From the NCBI GenBank assembly GCA_044226015.1, contig JBGAHS010000002.1:979435-1043434 (forward strand): a DNA stretch of 64,000 nucleotides, given 5' to 3'. The notes under the pieces were generated by a model, which was given only the letters and a program-made list of their open reading frames with translations, was not told the origin of the DNA and ran no database searches. Shown one piece after another: positions 30,401-39,549 of this stretch (its first letter is position 1; each line of letters opens with the position of its first letter). A program made the position numbers and the translations under genes. Source of the stretch: Candidatus Obscuribacteraceae bacterium (GTDB lineage: Bacteria > Cyanobacteriota > Vampirovibrionia > Obscuribacterales > Obscuribacteraceae).

Positions 30401-30910
30401 ATGCAATGCGAACCCGAGCTTGAGACCCCCAACTTCGCAGAAGAATTGCTGTCCGAGGTGGAAACTAGCGCTAGTGCACGGCACGAGGACCACGTCAGCG
30501 ACACAATTTTCATGCCCAACTCTGAAATGACTGAGAAAGAGTCAATTCGATTCCTTTGCAGAATGGCTGAGGATGCGTCATTACCACTGGAAATTTTGGA
30601 AAAACTAGCCCAACATGATTGCCCAGAAGTAAGAGAAGCTGTATCAGACAACCCTGGGCTATCAATAGATATTCTGAGGAACTTGGCACAAGATGAGTGC
30701 CTAGACGTAAGATTTGCCATCGCAGAAAATCACAACGCACCCTCAAATGTATTGTACGAACTCTGCGAAGATGACAATCCCTATGTGAGCCATCGAGCAA
30801 GAAAAACAATTGAGCGACTTCGCCGCAGTTGCATGTTCGGCGCACACAACTTACTAGACATGGAACGTAAACTTGAGATAAAGCACTCTCGCTTACAATA
30901 TTCTGTCTAA
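30401..30910 (+). CDS. Leucine-rich variant (LRV/HEAT-like) repeat protein
   Basis: Repeats LEKLAQHDCPEVREAVSDNP, LRNLAQDECLDVRFAIAENH, LCEDDNPYV; strong AAGGAGG RBS. Confidence 0.8.
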   Translation: MQCEPELETPNFAEELLSEVETSASARHEDHVSDTIFMPNSEMTEKESIRFLCRMAEDASLPLEILEKLAQHDCPEVREAVSDNPGLSIDILRNLAQDECLDVRFAIAENHNAPSNVLYELCEDDNPYVSHRARKTIERLRRSCMFGAHNLLDMERKLEIKHSRLQYSV

Positions 30911-30941
30911 AACATAATCCTTTTTTCCGGATTGGGAGCAC

Positions 30942-30980
30942 ATAAGAGCAGGATACCCTAAATGGGAATCCTGCTCTTAT
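30942..30980. terminator. Hairpin terminator between convergent genes
   Basis: ataagagcaggat...atcctgctcttat inverted repeat. Confidence 0.75.
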
Positions 30981-31009
30981 CAGGTCTCCAGGCGACCTTT
31001 GTCAGCACC

Positions 31010-31465
31010 TTATTTACTGGCGTCGATATTCTTGTTAATGGCGTATTGCAAACCAGTCATGTGTTTCTCCATTTGGTCTACATCAGCTGTCGGCACACGC
31101 CCATATCCGGACTCTCGCATTGCTAGTTCTTCTTTAGCGACTGAAGAATGCCAGTCGGAAAGGTCTTTGTATTGTGCGTCTGTAAGCCAGCCGTTCGATC
31201 GAGCATTATTTATTTGCTCTGCCATATCATTTAGCCGTTTGACGTAGTTGGATCTTTTTACAAGGTCCGCATCCGATTGAATAAATGTTTCTGGCTCGTG
31301 AATAACTTGCTTTTCTACAACCTTCTGAATACGTTGATCTCGCATTAACACTGGTGGTACTCGTTTAACGACAGTTTGTTCAATGACTTCCTGTCCTAGC
31401 GCGCCAGTTGATTGCACACAAGATGTAACGAGTACCGCCAAGGTTAATTTACCAATCATTTTCAT
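31010..31465 (-). CDS. Exported hypothetical protein
   Basis: Signal peptide, GGAGG RBS, helical C-terminal part; last gene of a three-gene unit. Confidence 0.75.
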   Translation of the reverse strand: MKMIGKLTLAVLVTSCVQSTGALGQEVIEQTVVKRVPPVLMRDQRIQKVVEKQVIHEPETFIQSDADLVKRSNYVKRLNDMAEQINNARSNGWLTDAQYKDLSDWHSSVAKEELAMRESGYGRVPTADVDQMEKHMTGLQYAINKNIDASK

Positions 31466-31487
31466 ACAAAATATCCTCCACTAGTCC

Positions 31488-32096
31488 TTACAACACATGT
31501 AAGTCGAGGAGATGACGTTTTTTCTTTTCGATGATCACGGGCTGCTGAATTGTGCGTTCCATCATAACCGGTCTATGAATCACAACGGGTTTGCTAACAG
31601 TCCTTTGAATAATTACAGGACTTGAGACAACCCTACGTTCAACAACCACTGGTTTCTCTACAACACGGTCGATGTAAACTGGTCTTTCAACCATTCGACT
31701 TCGTTCAACAACTACAGGTCTTTCGACAACAATCGGTTTTTCAATCGTTCTCTCAATAGTGCTGCTGCTGCTAATTACTTTGTTTGAACACGCTGTAGTA
31801 TGCGCGCGAGCAATTCGTCGCACTCTATGATGTTTCACAGGGCGATAAGAAACTCGGCGATTGATGTACACAGGTACCTTTTCCTTCACGATTTGCTTTT
31901 CAACAATTCGGTTTTCTAAAACAACAGGACGTTCTATAATCACGGACTGAGCCGGAGTTACGGTCTCTGTATAACGGTATTCAGTCACACCTGGACCGAT
32001 CATTGTTTTTGTAGTATCACAGGAATCAGCCTGAGCCATTGGTGCCAAAAACAGACCTAGCCCAGCGATTGCCATCGCTATTACCCTACCCTTCAT
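31488..32096 (-). CDS. Exported Val/Glu/Pro-repeat protein
   Basis: Signal peptide (AQA); repeats IEKPIVVERPVVVE, VERPVYIDRVVEKPVVVE; AAGGAGG RBS. Confidence 0.8.
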   Translation of the reverse strand: MKGRVIAMAIAGLGLFLAPMAQADSCDTTKTMIGPGVTEYRYTETVTPAQSVIIERPVVLENRIVEKQIVKEKVPVYINRRVSYRPVKHHRVRRIARAHTTACSNKVISSSSTIERTIEKPIVVERPVVVERSRMVERPVYIDRVVEKPVVVERRVVSSPVIIQRTVSKPVVIHRPVMMERTIQQPVIIEKKKRHLLDLHVL

Positions 32097-32143
32097 CTTA
32101 CCTCCTTGGTATAAACCTTGTTTCCAACCTCTATCCGCTAGTA

Positions 32144-32551
32144 CTAGAACAAATCAACTCTGCCAAGCGGAGATACACCAACGTGAAGCAAGTGATGACC
32201 GTGTTTCTTAATCACTACTGGCTGTGCCATAAGGGTGTCTCGTTGCACGACTACTGGACTTTCCACCACCACCGGTCGTTCCACCATCACTGGGGACTCC
32301 TTGATTACGACAGGTTTTTCAATAACCCGATCAAAGCTAGTTAGAGGAGCGTCTGTACAGCTTGCTGCTTCCTCAACTGTCACTGGGCTTTCTACAATCT
32401 GCCGCACCGTATACGGTGCGCTCGAACTCGTTGTCGTCGTAACGGTTTTTGTAGTCTTCGTGCAAAAAGTCTCTGCTGAAACTGGCTGCGTAAGCGCTAA
32501 ACCTAACAAACCCATGATGGGAGCTATAAACAGTTTCTTCGATATCTTCAT
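32144..32551 (-). CDS. Exported Val/Glu/Pro-repeat protein
   Basis: MKISKK signal peptide, AAGGAGA RBS, repeats IEKPVVIKESPVMVERPVVVESPVVV. Confidence 0.8.
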   Translation of the reverse strand: MKISKKLFIAPIMGLLGLALTQPVSAETFCTKTTKTVTTTTSSSAPYTVRQIVESPVTVEEAASCTDAPLTSFDRVIEKPVVIKESPVMVERPVVVESPVVVQRDTLMAQPVVIKKHGHHLLHVGVSPLGRVDLF

Positions 32552-32594
32552 TGCAATCTCTCCTTGTATTTTCCTTCTGGAGCATGTAGCGAAC

Positions 32595-32619
32595 GACGCC
32601 TTGAGCCATCCGCAGTTCC
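32595..32619 (-). promoter_or_regulatory. ECF-sigma-type promoter GGAAC-N16-CGTC
   Basis: Minus strand GGAACtgcggatggctcaaggCGTC, 43 bp upstream of the ATG at 32551. Confidence 0.75.
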
Positions 32620-32827
32620 CAAACATCGCCTAAGAGCATCAGCATGCCCCCACTTTCGACGGACTGCCGAATCCTCCTATTGCCTGATGATCAGAGCTTT
32701 TCAAAGAATTAAGTACGCTCTACATTTTTGCAGCCATATTTTGTTCAATCTGCTTTAATTGTCATTAGCCGACTCGACCAAGGTCTGATCGGCTTCCTGC
32801 ATTATTTGAACAGAGCACCGCTAGACG

Positions 32828-33553
32828 ATGAAAATAAAAAACCTGCTATGGCAGTCAATGCTGCCCGCCATTTTGTGCTGCGTACTTTTACAAGCTTCTT
32901 CCCCAGCCAGACCGAATCTCGCTTCAGTGAATACAATAGGCGAGACCAACTATTCAAGCGACCTGGCTTCAGATGGATATTACACATGGTCACCAGACAA
33001 GTTTCCTTTGAAAGTTCATTTTGCGAAAAATGCAAATACACCAGGGTTCAAATCGACAAATGTGGACCTTCTCAAAAACTGTTTTGATGAATGGTCTCGC
33101 GCCTCAGACGGACGAATAAGTTGGGTCGAAACCCAAAATGCCAACGACGCAGATATTGACGTTGTATGGTCAGACCGAGCTGTTGAAGCCAGCCGCGGTA
33201 CCGAAGCTGGCAACACCAGAAACTACGCCAGATATAACCCGGAAACCAATTGGGGAGAGATTGATCACAGCAGAATGCGCCTACTCACAAGATTACCAGA
33301 ACGCGAATTTACTCCAGTTGAAACCAAGAAAGCCTACTTACATGAAGTCGGACACGCCCTCGGCATAGCTGGCCATTCAGCTGACCCCGATGACATAATG
33401 TACTTTTCTGTTTCAAATCATAAGCGAATCAACCTGAGCTTTAAGGATATAGGAACACTGCATTTCCTTTACGAGAACAAAAATTCGAATTCGAATACGC
33501 TCAGCCACGCGAACGTTTACACCGACAGAGCTTCATCTGTGCATCGACCATGA
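32828..33553 (+). CDS. Exported matrixin-like zinc metalloprotease
   Basis: Signal peptide, HEVGHALGIAGHS zinc motif, DDIMY Met-turn. Confidence 0.88.
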   Translation: MKIKNLLWQSMLPAILCCVLLQASSPARPNLASVNTIGETNYSSDLASDGYYTWSPDKFPLKVHFAKNANTPGFKSTNVDLLKNCFDEWSRASDGRISWVETQNANDADIDVVWSDRAVEASRGTEAGNTRNYARYNPETNWGEIDHSRMRLLTRLPEREFTPVETKKAYLHEVGHALGIAGHSADPDDIMYFSVSNHKRINLSFKDIGTLHFLYENKNSNSNTLSHANVYTDRASSVHRP

Positions 33554-33648
33554 GATGCACGTTCCAAACAGACGGTATCACTCGCTAACCGATACTAATA
33601 GTGATGCTTAGCCAGCACACTTTTCGGGACCTGACTCTAAAAAACTGG

Positions 33649-33673
33649 GGAACTGCACGTTCTCCAGTCCGTC
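33649..33673 (+). promoter_or_regulatory. ECF-sigma-type promoter GGAAC-N16-CGTC
   Basis: GGAACtgcacgttctccagtcCGTC upstream of the DUF2383 gene. Confidence 0.75.
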
Positions 33674-33722
33674 TGCTTTCCACATCCAACACTGGCTTGC
33701 CAGAATGAGGAGAGGAGGAAAT

Positions 33723-34292
33723 ATGAAAGCAAACCTATCGATTAAAGAGATACTCGGGCGCGAATTTCTCGACAATAAGGAGCTTACAGCGCTAAGTGCT
33801 CTTTTAGCGGGCGAGCTCTCAGCGATTCAAGCTTACAATATGGCCATCGACAAAGTGCGCAACAAGCATTTGATACCAACACTCGAAGAATGCCGCAATT
33901 CACATGCACTGCGCGTTCAGCCATTACGTGAGCGAATGGAAGCTCACGGTGCACCGGCACTGCGCAATGCTGGCTGGTGGGGGTCATTCGTGAGCGCTGT
34001 AGAAAACGGCGCCACATTCATTAGCGATCGCGTGGCAATGAGTGTACTTTGCGCTGGTGAAGATTATGGCTTTGAGCAATACGAAAAAAACATGAAAGAT
34101 TTGGATTCGGAATCTTATGAGTTAGTTGATTCAGAGTTACTTCCAGCCCAATCACAGACGCTTCAAACCATGACTCTTCTATGTGCATATTTGAAGTCCG
34201 AAGAGACTAGAATCGCCCAAGAAAACAAACTCAGCCAGGAAGAAACCGAAGATTCTGAGGTTGTGAGCATGAAGAGACCAATTCAAGAATAG
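33723..34292 (+). CDS. Ferritin-like DUF2383-family protein
   Basis: LLAGELSAIQAYNMAI, SHALRV, GWWGSF, GEDYGFEQY; AGGAGG RBS. Confidence 0.78.
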   Translation: MKANLSIKEILGREFLDNKELTALSALLAGELSAIQAYNMAIDKVRNKHLIPTLEECRNSHALRVQPLRERMEAHGAPALRNAGWWGSFVSAVENGATFISDRVAMSVLCAGEDYGFEQYEKNMKDLDSESYELVDSELLPAQSQTLQTMTLLCAYLKSEETRIAQENKLSQEETEDSEVVSMKRPIQE

Positions 34293-34320
34293 ACCGATAA
34301 GAAGCTTGCGAAAATAATCA

Positions 34321-34347
34321 AAGGGAGGTTCAGATTGAACCTCCTTT
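34321..34347. terminator. Bidirectional terminator
   Basis: aagggaggttca-gat-tgaacctccttt between convergent genes. Confidence 0.75.
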
Positions 34348-34348
34348 C

Positions 34349-35377
34349 TCAATTTGAGAACAAAAAGCTTTCGGCATTTTTTATCAAAAGCGACTCGATA
34401 ACAGCCTTGTCAAATCCACATGCTCTAAGACGAGGCACAATGGTCCTCAAAACATGGTCGTATCCCATGCCACCATATTTACGCAACTGCATTTTGGTAC
34501 AGACGTCTTGAGAAATCAAAATCTGCTTTTCGAAGCCGGCTTCAATCAGTCTTGAAAGAAATCCAATTCGCTCAGCATCAGAAGGTTCACGTAAAGAATC
34601 CTCATCAAAATAGACTTCGGACCCAAAACAATCCAGCTCAACAAAACATCCCCTTTGCGCTAGCGAAATGCGATATTCATCGTCAGGCAATTCGTCCAAA
34701 TGACTTAGAGCCACTTTATTGAGTGAAAGCCCTGTACTCTCTAAAATATCCAGGACATTGTGCCCTTCCTTTGCAAAAATTGCTAGATGCACATTGATAC
34801 TTGCACCTGTAAGCTTGCTGGCCTCAGCCGCCGCTAGCAATACTTTTTTCTCGTCAGGATGAATCGGAGAACTTGTTCCAACTTCACCAATAATTCCGGC
34901 ACGCACGCTTGAGCCTTCAAACCCATCGTTCAAGTCGCGAATCATTCTTTCTGCAAGCTGCGAAATTGTCTGCTCAGCAACACATGGTGGATGCGCACGT
35001 TTAGTATAGAAACCGGTCGCTGCAACGATATTTACGCCGGTGCGCTCCGAAATCACCCTGAGCTTATCCGGGTAGGGACCGATGGTTTGAGTAGAAAGAT
35101 CAAGAATCGTATTGCCGCCCACGTTCTTAAACAGGAGAACTTCCTGCACCGCTAGCTCGATGTCATCGAGAATCAAATTATCTTTGCAGTGATAGGGGTC
35201 ACCCATCAAAAGACCGCGAATGCCGCAACAAACATCAGCCGCAACCAAATGCTCTCTAGACTCATCTTTTGGAAAATGCCACAAACAGGAAAGATCAATC
35301 AGTAAGTGTTCGTGTGGCAGAGTTACGCCCAATTGCTCTGCTTTGATAGGACCTGTCACTGTCATCAACTCGTGCAA
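34349..35377 (-). CDS. Phosphotriesterase-related amidohydrolase (Php-like)
   Basis: LGVTLPHEHL, ATGFY, AGIIGEVG, SHLD, LISQDVC. Probable TTG start at 35377 after GGAGG. Confidence 0.9.
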   Translation of the reverse strand: MHELMTVTGPIKAEQLGVTLPHEHLLIDLSCLWHFPKDESREHLVAADVCCGIRGLLMGDPYHCKDNLILDDIELAVQEVLLFKNVGGNTILDLSTQTIGPYPDKLRVISERTGVNIVAATGFYTKRAHPPCVAEQTISQLAERMIRDLNDGFEGSSVRAGIIGEVGTSSPIHPDEKKVLLAAAEASKLTGASINVHLAIFAKEGHNVLDILESTGLSLNKVALSHLDELPDDEYRISLAQRGCFVELDCFGSEVYFDEDSLREPSDAERIGFLSRLIEAGFEKQILISQDVCTKMQLRKYGGMGYDHVLRTIVPRLRACGFDKAVIESLLIKNAESFLFSN

Positions 35378-35481
35378 TATTCTTCCTCCCATCGAGCACA
35401 AGCAGTCTATCAGCCTCATGAATCATTGTCGATGCCACCCAATATCAGTGGGAACAATCTCTCAGTTTCCTGGTCTTCATC

Positions 35482-35596
35482 TTCGAACGAACCGAAAGGT
35501 TCAACCTATCCAGTAAAAAGGAAGAGGTTAAAAAAAGAGCTGAAAAATGCACTTTCCCCTGCAGAAGCGTGATCCCGACTGCAGGGTTTTTCTTTT
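35482..35596 (+). ncRNA. Candidate structured small RNA
   Basis: Preceded by GGAAC-N16-GGTC (35451-35475); GAAA-tetraloop hairpin, two further stems, then a GC stem and U-tract; no convincing ORF. Confidence 0.4.
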
Positions 35597-35668
35597 GAAA
35601 CACCAGACAAAGAAAACGGCGCAGCCGTAGTTCCCACAACACGACTGCGCCTGGCAATTGTTCAGTTC

Positions 35669-36664
35669 TTAGGATTGATTCAAATCATCAAGAAGTTTTC
35701 GTGCATTAGATGCATGCCCTAGCTTTCTCAATGCAAGACACTCAATTTGCCTCACCCTTTCACGAGAATATCCAAGCGATCGACCCACCTCTGCTAGCGT
35801 CATTGGCACACCATTGGCGATACCATACCTGAGCTCAAGCACGGAGCGCTCTTGGTCGCGCAACTTAGAGAGAAGTCCTCTAATTTTGTCCTTCAAGACT
35901 ATTTTCTGCACAACCTCGTCCGGATTTAGAGAACGACTGTCTTCCACAAAGTCCTTCAACTCTGCATCAAAATCAGCTCGTGGTTTGCAATCAAGCGATA
36001 CCGGCTCTCGGAATGCAGACCATACCGACAACAAAGTCTCTTCGCTTATTCCCGTTTCTTTCGAGATTTCAGGCAACACTGGACTACGACCTAACTTAAC
36101 GCTAAGCTTTTCGACTGCCTTTCTTACAACATTTCTCGTTTCAGATAGGTGAACAGGAACTCTTATCGTTCTGGAATCATTCGATAGTGCCCTCGTTATC
36201 GCTTGCCTGATCCACCAGGTGGCGTAGGTTGAGAACCTGAATCCCTTCTCGGGATTGAATTTCTCAACAGCCTTCAACAATCCCATATTTCCTTCTTGAA
36301 TGAGATCTTGAAAGCTGAGCCCACGGTTCTTATAATTTTTCGCAACACTAACCACGAGGCGAAGGTTCGACTGCACAACTCGCCTCCTCGCGGCATCGCT
36401 TCCTTTCACTACCTGCCGAAACAAATCTACTTCTTCGGACTTTTGCAAAAGTCGATGTTTGCCTATCTCTTTCAAATACACTTTGATTGAATCGCTTTCG
36501 GTTAAAGACATACCCCGAGTTTCGGGCACACTCTCAGGAGCCTCTGGTTCCGTCGTTTCCTCAAACTCGTTTTCCACATCTAGGAAATCGATATCATCGA
36601 GAATATTCGGCGGACCGAAAGAATCATTTACGTCAAAGGTGCTGTTTTCATCTTGTAATTTCAT
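35669..36664 (-). CDS. Sigma-70 RpoD/SigA-family alternative sigma factor
   Basis: DSIKVYLKEIG, NLRLVVSVAK, DLIQEGNMGL, FSTYATWWIRQAI, SRERVRQIE; lacks region 1.1. Confidence 0.92.
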   Translation of the reverse strand: MKLQDENSTFDVNDSFGPPNILDDIDFLDVENEFEETTEPEAPESVPETRGMSLTESDSIKVYLKEIGKHRLLQKSEEVDLFRQVVKGSDAARRRVVQSNLRLVVSVAKNYKNRGLSFQDLIQEGNMGLLKAVEKFNPEKGFRFSTYATWWIRQAITRALSNDSRTIRVPVHLSETRNVVRKAVEKLSVKLGRSPVLPEISKETGISEETLLSVWSAFREPVSLDCKPRADFDAELKDFVEDSRSLNPDEVVQKIVLKDKIRGLLSKLRDQERSVLELRYGIANGVPMTLAEVGRSLGYSRERVRQIECLALRKLGHASNARKLLDDLNQS

Positions 36665-36895
36665 ATCTATCGCCGCTGCAAAAGCGCTGATGTAAAGGAA
36701 TCCACAACAAGATTCGCATGCCCTCCGTAGCTCAGCCATCTGAGTTAGATGAGGTATGCAATCATGTCACATTCTAAGCCTAACATGATTTCGGAAACCC
36801 GCAGAAATGAAGCAAAAAGATTCTCTGCAAAACAGTAATTGACGAACCAAAACAGAAATTCGTAACTGCAAGTAAGCTAGAGCGAGCTCAAGAAC

Positions 36896-36929
36896 AAAGG
36901 GTTGGCACCACTACCAGTGCCAACCCTTT
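36896..36929. terminator. Intrinsic terminator hairpin
   Basis: aaagggttggcac-cactacca-gtgccaacccttt. Confidence 0.75.
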
Positions 36930-36958
36930 CGGTACACGCATAAAGCGTTCCAGCGCTA

Positions 36959-37666
36959 CTACTGAGCAGGCTGAATGGGCAAATCAGTCTGTATTGTTTG
37001 ACCAGCATTTGGAGCTGCTGGCACAAGTGCTTTTGCGCTTAAGATTGCTTGCTCATTTGCAAAAACCGACCAGCGCAAGCCCAGCAATATGGGATGAAAA
37101 CCATAATTCAGCATTTCTCCATAAGCTTTCTTTGCTGTCCAATTCTCCACATTCATTCTGTACATTGCGACCATTGTGCCGCATCTGTCCATTCCCTGAC
37201 GACAGTGAACGAACGTCTTTCCATCTTTATTTGCGCTTACAGTTTTCAGAAATTTATCAACCTGCGACGGAGTAGCTGTTTTGAACACGCTCATCGGAAT
37301 GCTCACAAACTTGAGTCCAAGCTTATGCGCTGTTTGCTTCTCGCGCTCGATGTCCTCCAGTCCATCCCTCAAGTTAACAATAGTGTTAACACCCGCTTTT
37401 TTAAGCGCTTCCAAGCCACCTTCTCGTGGCTGTCCACCTCGAAGAAGCTTTTCCGAAACAACGCCAAAATTAGGAACGACAGTGTTAATTTCCTGGGTAA
37501 GACCAGCACTCAACAATGGAGCTGCGCTGGCTACAGAAGGCGACTGTGCAAAACACACAGGTGCAGCGGCTGAAACAATACAAACTGACAAAATAAAACG
37601 ACCGAGACTCTTAGTCACTAGCGCAATCCTCACGCGAGATCTCACCAACGAATTTGAGTCTAACAA
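36959..37666 (-). CDS. Exported Siw14/PFA-DSP-like phosphatase
   Basis: Signal-like segment, PNFGVV, RGGQP, IVNLR, VHCRQGMDRCG, EMLNYGF. Confidence 0.85.
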   Translation of the reverse strand: MLDSNSLVRSRVRIALVTKSLGRFILSVCIVSAAAPVCFAQSPSVASAAPLLSAGLTQEINTVVPNFGVVSEKLLRGGQPREGGLEALKKAGVNTIVNLRDGLEDIEREKQTAHKLGLKFVSIPMSVFKTATPSQVDKFLKTVSANKDGKTFVHCRQGMDRCGTMVAMYRMNVENWTAKKAYGEMLNYGFHPILLGLRWSVFANEQAILSAKALVPAAPNAGQTIQTDLPIQPAQ

Positions 37667-37763
37667 CCTAAAAAAATTACCGCCCGCTCTAGCTCAGGCG
37701 AAATAATACACCATTTCGTTTTTTTTACAAAAGTGCCAAATTACTGATGCCAGGCTGCACTAG

Positions 37764-38876
37764 TCAGCTAGCTGCTCGGTCATCTGACCTATACATACTT
37801 GCATGCTTTGTAATCTGACTGACACCACAAATTTCACCTTCGTGCCTTTCTACGTTTATCAAGTTCATCGATTCAGCAACTTCTTTTGGTACCAGAATTG
37901 TTGCTGCTTGTGGAATAACCGTTACCCTCATTGGAGTTGTAGAATGAAGGTCGCCATCTATCATGCATGGCATTTCAGTAATTCGCGGCTCATCATCTAA
38001 CTTCTCGCGGGTCACAAACTCTACGACTTTCTTAACCATCAACTGAAACGATGAGCGCACTCCGCGCCTGGGCAACACCTCTACGACAGCTTCCTTAACT
38101 CGAAAAAGCATCTCTGGAGCTTTATTCGAAAGGTCTCCCGCAGCATATCGCTTAGTCAGCTGAATAAAGTCCCCCAGCCGCTTAGGATTCATTACATGCA
38201 AATCCAACAACCCATCGGAAAGAAGCCCAATGTCAGCACGTTTTCCTATTCCCAGGTCTTCAACGTTACTCAAAAACACGCCACCTGCCTCGACCTTAAA
38301 TGAGCCGCCCGAAGTAGTAATTCTGAAATGACGACGAGGCCTGGCAATACTGGTAATCAGCGACTTGAAGTAAGCTTTGAGCTTATTTTGGGTCTTTTCT
38401 TCACGTGCTGGCAGCATGAAAGCATCAGCAATGGGTCCGACTCCAGCCATTCCGGCAAAATACTCACCGTTCATCATTCCCATGTCTATTCTCATAGGTA
38501 CGCCATTTTTGATGTATTCATAGGCATTTTTCAGTGGATCGGCCATCAAGTGTTGTTCGATGATACCTATATTCCTTGCCATGACATTGCCAGTGCCCAT
38601 TGGGAAAATAGCCACAGGAATAGAACTCTTTGCTTTGGCGACGGCGGCTAGCGCGAACCTGAGCGTTCCATCACCACCCCCAGCAATGATAAGTTCCAAT
38701 GGATCCTGAATTAAGGGAATCAAGTCATCTGGGGTGGTATGAGCCTCTGTTGGAAAGAAAGATACAAGATATTGATCGTCTTTGTTCAGCTCAGCAACCA
38801 ATTGACCAATCCATTCCTCAGTCTTGACTTGTGACTTGGAGACAGGATTATAAATAACTAGCGCGTGTTTAACCAT
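37764..38876 (-). CDS. Diacylglycerol/lipid kinase family (YegS/DAGK-like)
   Basis: IYNPVS, AGGGDGT, PMGTGN, AGVG, DGLLD, IDGD. Confidence 0.88.
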   Translation of the reverse strand: MVKHALVIYNPVSKSQVKTEEWIGQLVAELNKDDQYLVSFFPTEAHTTPDDLIPLIQDPLELIIAGGGDGTLRFALAAVAKAKSSIPVAIFPMGTGNVMARNIGIIEQHLMADPLKNAYEYIKNGVPMRIDMGMMNGEYFAGMAGVGPIADAFMLPAREEKTQNKLKAYFKSLITSIARPRRHFRITTSGGSFKVEAGGVFLSNVEDLGIGKRADIGLLSDGLLDLHVMNPKRLGDFIQLTKRYAAGDLSNKAPEMLFRVKEAVVEVLPRRGVRSSFQLMVKKVVEFVTREKLDDEPRITEMPCMIDGDLHSTTPMRVTVIPQAATILVPKEVAESMNLINVERHEGEICGVSQITKHASMYRSDDRAAS

Positions 38877-38988
38877 CTCAGAGTTCCCCGGTTTACGTCG
38901 CTATAGATTCACCATCGACTAAGTAGTTCCCAACTTTTAACTCTGTGTTTGGACATGTTTCGCAAACCATCTGGTAAAACTAGTAGTA

Positions 38989-39474
38989 ATGAAAGATGAC
39001 ACACCCAAAGTCCGAGTGAGAAACTTCCACCAGATTCACGACTGGCTATACCGTGGCGCCCAGCCGCCAATGGACAGTTTTGCCGAACTTAAGGCAATGG
39101 GGGTGAAGACAGTTGTGAACCTGCGCTGGCGCAAGGGTCCTGTGAACAGAGAGCGAGCACGTGTCACAGAACTCGGCATGAACTTCATCCATATTCCATT
39201 GAACTATTGGACACTGCCAAATCGTGCAAACGTTGATGAATTCCTAGACGTATTAGATAAAGAAGAACTGCGCCCGTTTTTTGTCCATTGCCTTCACGGG
39301 GCAGATCGGACAGGAATTCTGTTTGCTATGTACCGTATCTTGCGCTGCCAGTGGAGCTTGAAACAAGCCTACGAAGAAATGGTTCGCTGTGGTTTCCATC
39401 GCTTAGCTACAAGACATTTTAAGTGGGCTCTGTGGCGCATGGTCGCACAGAACCGTGAAAGAACTAAGGTTTAG
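38989..39474 (+). CDS. Siw14/PFA-DSP-like phosphatase
   Basis: NFHQI, YRGAQP, VVNLR, VHCLHGADRTG. Confidence 0.88.
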   Translation: MKDDTPKVRVRNFHQIHDWLYRGAQPPMDSFAELKAMGVKTVVNLRWRKGPVNRERARVTELGMNFIHIPLNYWTLPNRANVDEFLDVLDKEELRPFFVHCLHGADRTGILFAMYRILRCQWSLKQAYEEMVRCGFHRLATRHFKWALWRMVAQNRERTKV

Positions 39475-39478
39475 TTCG

Positions 39479-39503
39479 GGAACTGAAGTAGTCGACCTGC
39501 GTC
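39479..39503 (+). promoter_or_regulatory. ECF-sigma-type promoter GGAAC-N16-CGTC
   Basis: GGAACtgaagtagtcgacctgCGTC in the short gap upstream of 39550. Confidence 0.75.
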
Positions 39504-39549
39504 CCATCTAGCGCAGTGACAATACTTTCGTTCAACAGGTTATAGCAAA

